NCBI GenBank assembly: GCA_016182565.1
Contig: JACPGI010000003.1
Coordinates: 5,280 to 69,279 of the forward strand
Reading direction: 5' to 3'
DNA: 64,000 nt
DNA from: a candidate division WWE3 bacterium
GTDB lineage: Bacteria > Patescibacteriota > WWE3 > UBA101185 > UBA10185
Below are positions 56,730-64,000 of the stretch, piece by piece (position 1 is the stretch's first letter; each line of letters begins with the position of its first letter). The notes under the pieces were generated by a model. That model had not been told where the DNA came from. It worked only from the letters and a program-made list of their open reading frames with translations, and did not search any database. The position numbers were made by a program, and so were the translations under genes.

Positions 56730-57722
56730 ATGGCCATCAATGATTCTGCTAGATTAATATTGGAAAATATAAGTAATGCTTCCAATATTTTAATCAATGT
56801 AGATACTAGGACTGATTATGATGCCTTATGCAGCGCCACTGTATTGAACAGGTTCATCAAAACTTTAGACATTAAGACTAAAGTAATCCATACAAATAGT
56901 ATTAATCAGACATACACTAGATTTTTTACTTTCAATGATATATTGCAACAAACCGATATTAGTTCATTAGACATCTCTGAATTTGATTTAATAATATTCT
57001 TAGACTCCGGTTTAAAACAACATATTTCTTTGGATGACAAATTCCAGATTCCTCATGGCATAAAAACACTAAATATTGATCACCATATAACAAATGATAT
57101 GTTTGGCACATTTAATTATGTACATCACTTTGGTTCATGTTGTTCAGTTTTATATATGCTATCCGATGATTTAGGTGTGGAATTACCACAAGAAAGCTTA
57201 AATATGTTAACAGTAGGAATCTTAACAGATACAGGATTTTTCAAGTTTGATTCTGTTACACCATACGATTTTAAAGTTGCGTCTTTGCTTCTTGAAAAGG
57301 GGGTAAAAGTATACGAATTTATATCTAAGCTGACTAGTTTTGAATACATTGACCAACTTCGATTTAAGGAATTAATTTTTAGAAATTTAAGAGCTAACTT
57401 TGACAAAAAATATGCGTATTCGACATGCACTTTAAAAGAATTAGTTGATTCTAATATAGATCTCAACAAAGTTTTTGTGCGTCATTCAGACCTATTAAAA
57501 TATATAGAGGGGATAGACTTATCATTTGTAATCTCCGAAACTGATAGTGATCCAAAATATTATGAATTAAGTTTTAGGTCAAAAGATCCGACAATGGATG
57601 TTAGCAAGATTGCTGAAAAGTTCGGTGGAGGTGGTCATAAAACAGGTGCTGGAGCTAAACTTTACAATATTTCTTCAATCCAAGAATGTTTAAATTTAGT
57701 CTTAAAAACTTTAGGCTATTAG
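56730..57722 (+). CDS. nrnA: DHH/DHHA1 phosphoesterase (NrnA-like oligoribonuclease/pAp phosphatase)
   Basis: DHH (NIDHH) and DHHA1 (FGGGGH) motifs. Confidence 0.75.
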   Translation: MAINDSARLILENISNASNILINVDTRTDYDALCSATVLNRFIKTLDIKTKVIHTNSINQTYTRFFTFNDILQQTDISSLDISEFDLIIFLDSGLKQHISLDDKFQIPHGIKTLNIDHHITNDMFGTFNYVHHFGSCCSVLYMLSDDLGVELPQESLNMLTVGILTDTGFFKFDSVTPYDFKVASLLLEKGVKVYEFISKLTSFEYIDQLRFKELIFRNLRANFDKKYAYSTCTLKELVDSNIDLNKVFVRHSDLLKYIEGIDLSFVISETDSDPKYYELSFRSKDPTMDVSKIAEKFGGGGHKTGAGAKLYNISSIQECLNLVLKTLGY

Positions 57723-57769
57723 ATTCTCAAATTTGACTATAAATTGTAACCATCTGATAAAATCTAGCA

Positions 57770-58114
57770 ATGCAGGAAATTAAACCCACAATTAAATATG
57801 ACGACTTTGCCAAAATTGATGTACGCGTAGTTAAAGTTTTAGAGGCATCATTTATAGAGGGTTCTGAAAAACTTCTGAAGCTAGAAGTTGAAATGGCGGG
57901 CGAAAAAAGACAAATTTTGTCCGGTATTAAGAAGTGGTATAACCCAGAAGATCTGGTTGGAAGAAAAGTTTTGATAGTTGCAAACCTTGAAACTCGTAAA
58001 ATGATGGGTCTTGAATCAAGGGGTATGATTTTGGCAGTTGAATCTTCCGCACAAGAAAAACCAGTTTTATTGGAATTGGGGGAGGAGGTAAATACAGGAG
58101 ATTTTTTGAGATAA
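57770..58114 (+). CDS. tRNA-binding domain protein (CsaA/Trbp111-like OB fold)
   Basis: DFAKIDVRVVKV...ANLETRKMMGLESRGMILA. Confidence 0.75.
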   Translation: MQEIKPTIKYDDFAKIDVRVVKVLEASFIEGSEKLLKLEVEMAGEKRQILSGIKKWYNPEDLVGRKVLIVANLETRKMMGLESRGMILAVESSAQEKPVLLELGEEVNTGDFLR

Positions 58115-58178
58115 ACTTTTACGATAAATTTTCCCTTTTAATTGTGACAACGTGCAGTAATTGGCAAAAAACTAGATT

Positions 58179-59369
58179 ATGGAAGATATAAAACACTACA
58201 AAGAACTTAAATATTGCATCACAACTTTTGGTTGCCAAGCAAATATTGCAGATAGCAGTATGATGGCTGGGATTCTAGAAGCGCTTGGATTTGAAAAAAC
58301 TGAGGATTTTACAGAAAGTAATGTTTTTATAATTAATACCTGTTCCGTCAGACAAAAAAGTGAAGATAAGGTTTATGGCATTGCTAAGAAATTAAAAGGT
58401 TTAGTTAAAAAACCGTTTGTGATAATGGCTGGCTGTATGGTAGGTTCTGTGACCGGAGAACGTCAAAGATATGAATTCGAAGAATTACAAAAAAGAACTC
58501 CATGGGTAGATGAATATATAAATCCAACCCAACTCAGAAATATCCCAAATATTCTGATGAATCGTGGTTTGATAGGTGAGTGGGCAATGCAAAAGTTTAG
58601 TTCTACAGATGTAAACCAAGTTTACAAGACTAAAGAGATTGGTTATGTAAACATATCCTACGGTTGTGATAATTTTTGCACTTTTTGTGTTGTCCCCTAT
58701 GCCCGTGGGGGTGAGGTGTCACGAAGTGAGCGTGAGATATTAAGAGAAGTAAAACACCTTTTAGCTACAGGATTTAAACATATTATGCTTTGTGGGCAAA
58801 ATGTAAACTCTTGGGGGATTGGGATGAATGAAAAATTTAAGATAAGAACGGGCAGTGAGCAAAACCTACCTTTTGCAAATCTTTTAAGAACTGTACATGA
58901 TATGGAAGGACTTGAGAAATTAAGCTTTTTATCTTCTAATCCATTTGATTTTACACAGGACCTGATTGATGCGATAAAGCTTCCTAAAATCGATAATTTT
59001 CTACATATTGCGGTACAGTCCGGAAATGATGAAATTCTAAAAAAGATGAATCGAAGGCACAGTATAAATGATTTTCTAAATCTAATTGAAAAAATTAAAA
59101 AAGAAAAACCGGATGTTGAGTTTGGGACAGATGTAATTGTCGGATTTCCCAGTGAAACTAGGGAACAGTTTATGGATACAGTAAAGCTTTTTGAGACTGT
59201 GCCATTTAATGTTGCTTTTATAAGTATATATTCGCCAAGAAAAGGAACACCTGCAGAAAGATTCTATAAAGACGATGTGCCTTTAGCCGAGAAAAAATGG
59301 AGGCATAAACATTTAAATGATGTTTGGAAGAGAAATAGGCCGGTTGGTGGGAGTAGGGTGAGAGTTTAA
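58179..59369 (+). CDS. Radical-SAM methylthiotransferase (MiaB/RimO family), compact
   Basis: MTTase N-domain Cys residues and the radical SAM CDNFCTFC (Cx3Cx2C). Confidence 0.7.
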   Translation: MEDIKHYKELKYCITTFGCQANIADSSMMAGILEALGFEKTEDFTESNVFIINTCSVRQKSEDKVYGIAKKLKGLVKKPFVIMAGCMVGSVTGERQRYEFEELQKRTPWVDEYINPTQLRNIPNILMNRGLIGEWAMQKFSSTDVNQVYKTKEIGYVNISYGCDNFCTFCVVPYARGGEVSRSEREILREVKHLLATGFKHIMLCGQNVNSWGIGMNEKFKIRTGSEQNLPFANLLRTVHDMEGLEKLSFLSSNPFDFTQDLIDAIKLPKIDNFLHIAVQSGNDEILKKMNRRHSINDFLNLIEKIKKEKPDVEFGTDVIVGFPSETREQFMDTVKLFETVPFNVAFISIYSPRKGTPAERFYKDDVPLAEKKWRHKHLNDVWKRNRPVGGSRVRV

Positions 59370-59402
59370 CTCTACCACCTTAATTGCCTACATGAATTGA
59401 AA

Positions 59403-59447
59403 GTGCCTGTATATTCTCAGATAATACAGGCACCTATACCAATTTTT
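59403..59447 (+). terminator. Terminator-like hairpin after the methylthiotransferase gene
   Basis: GTGCCTGTAT / ATACAGGCAC stem with a T-run 8 nt downstream. Confidence 0.4.
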
Positions 59448-59470
59448 GGATTTTCAAAGTGGGATGGACT

Positions 59471-59809
59471 TTAGATAATCTCGATTTTTCCATGCCCACT
59501 TTGAAACATCGCGCACAGATCGTCGAGCATGTCTTCTTTTCTCACACTTTTTTTCAAAATAATAGTAAAGGAAGTTTCCTTTGGCCAGCTTTCAAATGGC
59601 ATTTCTATCAGGGCTAAAAGCCAATCTGTTATTCTTGAGTCTTCTGAACGAAAATATCCAAAACGGGCTTCGATATCTCCGAACAAGATTGCTGCAAATT
59701 CCTTTCCAAGCGGCGAACAGTTTACAGATGTCCTGATTTTCAACCCCCTTTTTGCATTTTTGAAAATATCACACGGCTGTTTCTGGTTTTGAGGAATACT
59801 AACCATCAT
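59471..59809 (-). CDS. Hypothetical protein (112 aa), moderately GC-shifted
   Basis: An ORF with an imperfect hairpin at its 3' end and no recognisable motif. Confidence 0.35.
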   Translation of the reverse strand: MMVSIPQNQKQPCDIFKNAKRGLKIRTSVNCSPLGKEFAAILFGDIEARFGYFRSEDSRITDWLLALIEMPFESWPKETSFTIILKKSVRKEDMLDDLCAMFQSGHGKIEII

Positions 59810-59898
59810 TATCTCCTTTTTTGATGATTCCCGGTGTAACTAATGCTTGAAGCATCAAGCCTTAGTTTACTAAGATTAAATTTTGATTTGAAATTCTT

Positions 59899-60426
59899 TT
59901 AGCCCAGAAATTCTACCACAAGCTGTCTAATCTCTTTGTAATTGTCGTAAGCGTGGTTATCTCCTGGTATTTCTATGAGTTCATAGTTTTTTACACCATT
60001 TTCATCAATAAAAGTTTCTAGTTCAAGATAGCTAAAAAATGGATCGTTTGTTTGTTGAATAAAAAGTGTGTATATATCGTATTTTTTAAACCACTCTTTA
60101 AATTCTGGTATTTCACTAGCAAATTCACCGAATGGACACCCCACAAAAATACAAGCTTTTGGAGTAATCCCTTTTTCGACTATCGTTTTAATAGCAGTTA
60201 TAACCCCAACTGATTTTGCATAAATTATGTAATCATCTTTATTTTTTGTTTCTGCAATTAATCTTTCACTTTCAAAATCTAAATTAATCTTTTCATTTTC
60301 GTTTTGCCAGTGTTTGAAAATGTGAGTTGTTACCACGTCAAACATATCTGTAAAAGTTTTTGCCGAGTCATAAAGCCATTTTTCATTAAATTGTTTTGAG
60401 TTTCCCGGAAGAATTATTAAGTCCAT
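59899..60426 (-). CDS. Small alpha/beta-hydrolase (YdeN/RBBP9-like serine hydrolase)
   Basis: Nucleophile elbow AKSVG, and D/H candidates (GDNHAY). It is 175 aa. Confidence 0.45.
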   Translation of the reverse strand: MDLIILPGNSKQFNEKWLYDSAKTFTDMFDVVTTHIFKHWQNENEKINLDFESERLIAETKNKDDYIIYAKSVGVITAIKTIVEKGITPKACIFVGCPFGEFASEIPEFKEWFKKYDIYTLFIQQTNDPFFSYLELETFIDENGVKNYELIEIPGDNHAYDNYKEIRQLVVEFLG

Positions 60427-60475
60427 AAGTCGATTTTAGCACCTGTATACCACTTTTATAATATATAATCCAAAC

Positions 60476-61441
60476 ATGAGAAAAATTCCAGTTATTTTAG
60501 GTCCAACCTCATCAGGTAAAACTTCCATTGCGGTAGAACTCTCCAAGAAATTTAGCGGCAGGATAGTTTCTGCAGATTCAAGGCAAGTATTTAAGAACAT
60601 GGATGTAGGTACAGGCAAAACACCAATTGGATCTGCTTTTGAAGTACAGAATCTCAGTACTTACTGGACTTTGGATGATGTTCCTGTTTTTGGATATGAT
60701 TTAGCCTTTGCAGGTGAATATTTTTCAGCTAATGATTACTTACTTTGGGCAAACAATAAACTTTTAGAACTAAGTAGCGAGGATCCATCAAAAAATTTGT
60801 TTATTGTTGGGGGAACCGGATTTTATATAGATTTATTAACTGGTCGAATAAAAACTGCGCTAGTACCTCCTAATTTTGTGTTACGAGAAGAGTTAAAATC
60901 CATATCTCTAGAAGAACTTTTGGTTAGGCTAAAAAATTTTTCCCCAGAAAAATACAATCAGGTAGATAAACAAAATAAAGTAAGGGTTATGCGCGCTATT
61001 GAAATTGCAGAAAATTTACAGGTTGATAATAGTGTTTTAACCAACCATACAGAGGACTCTGCATCCAATTTAGAAAATAAATTTGAATTTTACTATATTG
61101 GCCTCACTGGAAGAAGAGAAGTTTTATATACAAGGGTAGACGCATGGGTCGAGAAGGTTTGGGAAAATGGCTTACTTGAAGAAGTGCAAAACTTAAAAAA
61201 CTTAGGGTTGGGTGGGAGTCTTTGCATGAAAGGAATAGTTTATAAAACCGTAAACGACTTTTTAGACGGCAAAATAGTAAAAACTGATGCACAACAAAGG
61301 ATTAAGTATGACCTTCATTCCTACATAAGGCGGCAACAAACTTGGTTTAAGAGAAATCCCGATATTGTTTGGTTTGATATAGAAGAACTCGATTTTTTCC
61401 AAAAAGTCACTAATCATGTACAATCAATATTAGATGGATGA
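60476..61441 (+). CDS. miaA: tRNA dimethylallyltransferase
   Basis: GPTSSGKT P-loop and the SADSRQVFKNMDVGTGK motif. Confidence 0.9.
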   Translation: MRKIPVILGPTSSGKTSIAVELSKKFSGRIVSADSRQVFKNMDVGTGKTPIGSAFEVQNLSTYWTLDDVPVFGYDLAFAGEYFSANDYLLWANNKLLELSSEDPSKNLFIVGGTGFYIDLLTGRIKTALVPPNFVLREELKSISLEELLVRLKNFSPEKYNQVDKQNKVRVMRAIEIAENLQVDNSVLTNHTEDSASNLENKFEFYYIGLTGRREVLYTRVDAWVEKVWENGLLEEVQNLKNLGLGGSLCMKGIVYKTVNDFLDGKIVKTDAQQRIKYDLHSYIRRQQTWFKRNPDIVWFDIEELDFFQKVTNHVQSILDG

Positions 61442-62432
61442 TCACGTTTTAATTACAATAAAAGTAGTTTCCACAGTAGCTGCAATGTTGTCGGTGGTTT
61501 ACATCCTTGTTATGGCAGCCCCTGTGTTTGCCACTCTTTTAATTGCACTTTTTATTTCTCTTGCTGTAGAACCTTCTGTGAAATATTTTCAAAAAGCAGT
61601 AATTCTTAATAAACCCATGCCGCGTGGGGCATCCGTTGCCGTTACATACATTTTATTATTCTTAGTACTTAGCGTTATTACCTCAATTGGACTTCCGCCA
61701 ATTCTTGGACAAGCCCAGAAATTTCTACTTGGCTTAACCGATATTATTGGAAGTTCACCTCTTATTGAGCAGTACAATATAGATTTAGATAGTTTGTTGC
61801 CCGGGATTTCCAAGATTTCCGAAACTGCACTAGACACAACATTATCCGTGTTTTCTAACTTCCTTGGTTTCATAAGTGTTTTTTTCTTATCTCTTTATAT
61901 CTCACTTGATTGGGAAAACTTAAAAAGAAAGTTTATTGAATTATTTAAGGGTAAGTTAAAAAGATATGTTGATGATTCTGTTGGAGAAATTGAGACAAAT
62001 GTGGGTTATTGGATAAAGGGTCAGCTTATTTTGATGTTAGTTGTTGGGCTGTGTAGCTTTTTTGGGCTTTTGGTTCTTGGTATTGATTATCCACTTGCTT
62101 TAGGACTTATATCAGGCCTTTTAGAACTTGTTCCTATGATAGGACCAATATTTTCTGCTGTTCTTGCATCACTTGTCGGATTTTCTGTTTCAAACGGAGA
62201 GGGTATTGCCGCATTAATTTTATTTTTTCTGATCCAACAACTGGAAAATAACTTTTTGGTACCAAAAGTCATGGAGAAAGTATCTGGGTTTAGCCCACTT
62301 GTAGTACTAGTTGCGGTTTTAGTGGGCGGCAACTTTTTTGGAGTTATCGGAGTAATTTTAGCTGTTCCTATTACAATGACTCTTTATATAATTTTGCAAA
62401 AGGTATTGGCATATTCTTCTAGTTCAAAGTAA
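61434..62432 (+). CDS. AI-2E family transporter (PerM/UPF0118)
   Basis: 8-TM topology with the conserved C-terminal Gly-rich segment. Confidence 0.75.
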   Translation: MDDHVLITIKVVSTVAAMLSVVYILVMAAPVFATLLIALFISLAVEPSVKYFQKAVILNKPMPRGASVAVTYILLFLVLSVITSIGLPPILGQAQKFLLGLTDIIGSSPLIEQYNIDLDSLLPGISKISETALDTTLSVFSNFLGFISVFFLSLYISLDWENLKRKFIELFKGKLKRYVDDSVGEIETNVGYWIKGQLILMLVVGLCSFFGLLVLGIDYPLALGLISGLLELVPMIGPIFSAVLASLVGFSVSNGEGIAALILFFLIQQLENNFLVPKVMEKVSGFSPLVVLVAVLVGGNFFGVIGVILAVPITMTLYIILQKVLAYSSSSK

Positions 62433-62499
62433 CTTCATATATTTTTTCTTTTGATTAAAACAATTCTTGTTAAGGAATTAAGGTTACCTGCCCAAAGAA

Positions 62500-62525
62500 A
62501 AACGCAGCTTTTTAAAGCTGCGTTT
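62500..62525. terminator. 12-bp perfect hairpin (AAACGCAGCTTT tt AAAGCTGCGTTT); terminator for minus-strand rnpB (U-tract on the minus strand) and a weak terminator for the plus-strand transporter gene
   Basis: Perfect inverted repeat. The minus-strand reading is followed by UUUCUUUGG. Confidence 0.6.
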
Positions 62526-62530
62526 CTCGT

Positions 62531-62886
62531 ATCGGGAAAATAATAAGCCAGATTCTGTTTCAAGCCAATCATCTATCTAGTGCTCCATCTTTATACCGTT
62601 TGCTTTTTAAAGCAAGTCGGGAAGCGTTCCTCAGACGGTAATTTCGTGGATTGCTGCGGGTGGGATTGCCCGTTTCACTCTTTCTTCATGCTAAGTTACC
62701 CTAGTTTAGAAAAAAGCATCGTCACTGTTGCTCTCAGATCCTGTTAATTCAGAAATCTGTTCTTGGCAGTTTTCACCGCCTAGACACCAGCTGTTGCCAG
62801 TCGGAGCTTACACTCCGTTCCCCCGCTTACTGCAGTCTGGACTTTCCTCCTGTTAAAAACAGGCGATTAGCCTTCTTCCCAAGCGG
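62531..62886 (-). ncRNA. rnpB: RNase P RNA (bacterial type A)
   Basis: Minus-strand RNA carries CR-I AGGAAAGUCC(AGAC), a P3 hairpin CCUGUUUUUAACAGG, GGUGAAA and AGUGAAACGGG loops, AUGA, and CR-V ACAGAAUCUGGCUUA. P2 pairing GCUAAUC/GAUUGGC and a P1 GGGAAGA/UUUUCCC are also present. It is about 356 nt in a 480-bp ORF-free region with elevated GC. Confidence 0.8.
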
Positions 62887-62915
62887 ATTATAACTGATAT
62901 GGTAATATTATTCAC

Positions 62916-63989
62916 ATGGAGCAAGCCGACCCTTCAAAATTTATTGTATTAACCGAACTTCAAAAAAAAGTAGTTATTGGGGCATCTTTATTAATTGTTT
63001 TAGTAGTTTTACCACTCTTTGTACTTTTTTATTACAACTGGGCGATCAATAGACCGGCACAGAGTTTCAAAGACCACACATTTTACATAGAGGACGGCGA
63101 AACGTTGTCTTCCATTGCAAGAAGATTGGGTGAGCAAGGTGTTGTAAACTCTGAATTTTTATTCAAATTTTACTTGTACAAAAATAAACTTCAGTCAAAA
63201 ATTCAAGCTGGAGTGTATACGATTCCTTCCGGTACTTCTGTAAAAAAACTATCAGAAATCTTTCAATTCGGTACAAATGATTTAAAACTTACTTTTCTTG
63301 AAGGTTGGCGTATGGAGGAATATGCAAGACTTGCCTCATCAGTGCTAAAAAAATCTGATTATGGTGAATTTGTAAAACTGGCAAAAAGCAAAGAAGGCAT
63401 GCTTTTTCCTGATACTTATTATTTTAATGTTGATTCTACTGAAAAAGATATTGTTTCACGACTTATCAGTAACTTTGAAGCCAAGACCAATCAGCTTTTT
63501 TTGTCTGATGCATTTAAAAAAACAGGTCTCACAAAAGCGCAGGTTATTACTCTTGCTTCAATTGTAGAGCGTGAGGTAAGCAGGGAAGAAGATAGACCAA
63601 TTGTTGCCGGGGTGCTTATAAAAAGGTTCTTAAATGAGGAGTTAATTGGTGCCGATGCTACAGTACAGTATTTAGTAGCAGAGAAAAACTTTTGCAAAAC
63701 CCAAGATAATATTATGGACTGCCCGGATAAGGATCAGATAAAACTAATTGACTGGTGGCCTCTAAATATAACAAAGGCGGATTTGGAGACGGAAAGTCCG
63801 TTTAATACAAGAAAAAATATAGGTCTTCCGCCAACACCTATATCAAACCCAGGTATTTCTGCAATTGAGTCAGTGATAAATTTTACTCCTACCACATACA
63901 ACTACTACTTAACAGATAAAAATGGAATAACTCACTTTTCAAACACTTTAGAAGAACATAATCAAAATATAGCTTCCTATTTGCAGTAA
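62916..63989 (+). CDS. mltG: Endolytic murein transglycosylase MltG (YceG-like)
   Basis: N-terminal TM, a LysM-like region and the YceG domain with the LEGWR motif. Confidence 0.8.
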   Translation: MEQADPSKFIVLTELQKKVVIGASLLIVLVVLPLFVLFYYNWAINRPAQSFKDHTFYIEDGETLSSIARRLGEQGVVNSEFLFKFYLYKNKLQSKIQAGVYTIPSGTSVKKLSEIFQFGTNDLKLTFLEGWRMEEYARLASSVLKKSDYGEFVKLAKSKEGMLFPDTYYFNVDSTEKDIVSRLISNFEAKTNQLFLSDAFKKTGLTKAQVITLASIVEREVSREEDRPIVAGVLIKRFLNEELIGADATVQYLVAEKNFCKTQDNIMDCPDKDQIKLIDWWPLNITKADLETESPFNTRKNIGLPPTPISNPGISAIESVINFTPTTYNYYLTDKNGITHFSNTLEEHNQNIASYLQ

Positions 63990-64000
63990 GATCTTATTTG

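Noticed and set aside
62433-62915. A pseudogene or disrupted ORF in the 480-bp gap
   Set aside because: Every frame is closed, and the region is fully explained by an RNase P RNA on the minus strand.
1-64000. CRISPR arrays, rRNA or tRNA genes, transposases, integrases, phage structural genes and toxin-antitoxin pairs
   Set aside because: Scanning intergenic regions and ORF translations found no repeat-spacer arrays, no DDE/tyrosine/serine recombinase motifs, no tRNA cloverleaf candidates and no classic TA pairs. The GC-rich inserts carry no recognisable mobility genes.

Overview
This is an AT-rich (roughly 35-37% GC by eye) bacterial chromosomal segment made mostly of compact housekeeping genes. 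Compact core proteins (PGK 324 aa, HrcA 243 aa, IF-2 498 aa, AlaRS 623 aa without a C-Ala domain), a Gram-positive-type envelope toolkit (sortase, LCP, MurJ, MltG, YtxH/DUF948) and the absence of rRNA, tRNA, IS or phage genes suggest a streamlined, possibly Candidate Phyla Radiation/Patescibacteria-like, organism. The standard genetic code is used. Recognisable genes in order are: pcrA/uvrD, a D-Ala-D-Ala carboxypeptidase, trxA, and a gap-pgk-[ferredoxin + mini AOR-like]-tpiA glycolytic operon. Then come LCP, holA, sortase plus a tiny VPDTG substrate, PilO/PilN-like genes, rpsT, murJ, lepA, and a GC-shifted zinc-ribbon gene plus adk. After those are the hrcA-grpE-dnaK-dnaJ heat-shock operon with a CIRCE-like operator, nusA-infB, an orphan ATP-grasp gene, and a roughly 1.1 kb GC-rich islet of small ORFs. 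The remainder is a SAM methyltransferase, rpsO-pnp, a Lon-like AAA+ module with no protease domain, NUDIX, UDG family 4, rnj, ftsK, a RodZ-like HTH protein, and a 1099-aa FG-GAP surface protein. Next are a four-gene membrane-protein operon, a VirB4/VirD4-superfamily ATPase with a coupled Pro-rich protein, alaS, an FtsA-like actin ATPase with a coupled 530-aa membrane protein, yqgF, HAD, nrnA, a CsaA-like tRNA-binding protein, a MiaB-family methylthiotransferase, miaA, an AI-2E transporter, an RNase P RNA (rnpB) on the minus strand that the ORF track does not show, and mltG. The most unusual features are a truncated aldehyde:ferredoxin-oxidoreductase-like protein with its own ferredoxin inside the glycolytic operon, a candidate surface/secretion locus (giant FG-GAP protein, membrane operon and a type-IV-secretion-like ATPase), several compositionally foreign GC-rich mini-genes, and homopolymeric C10/G8 tracts that could be phase-variable.
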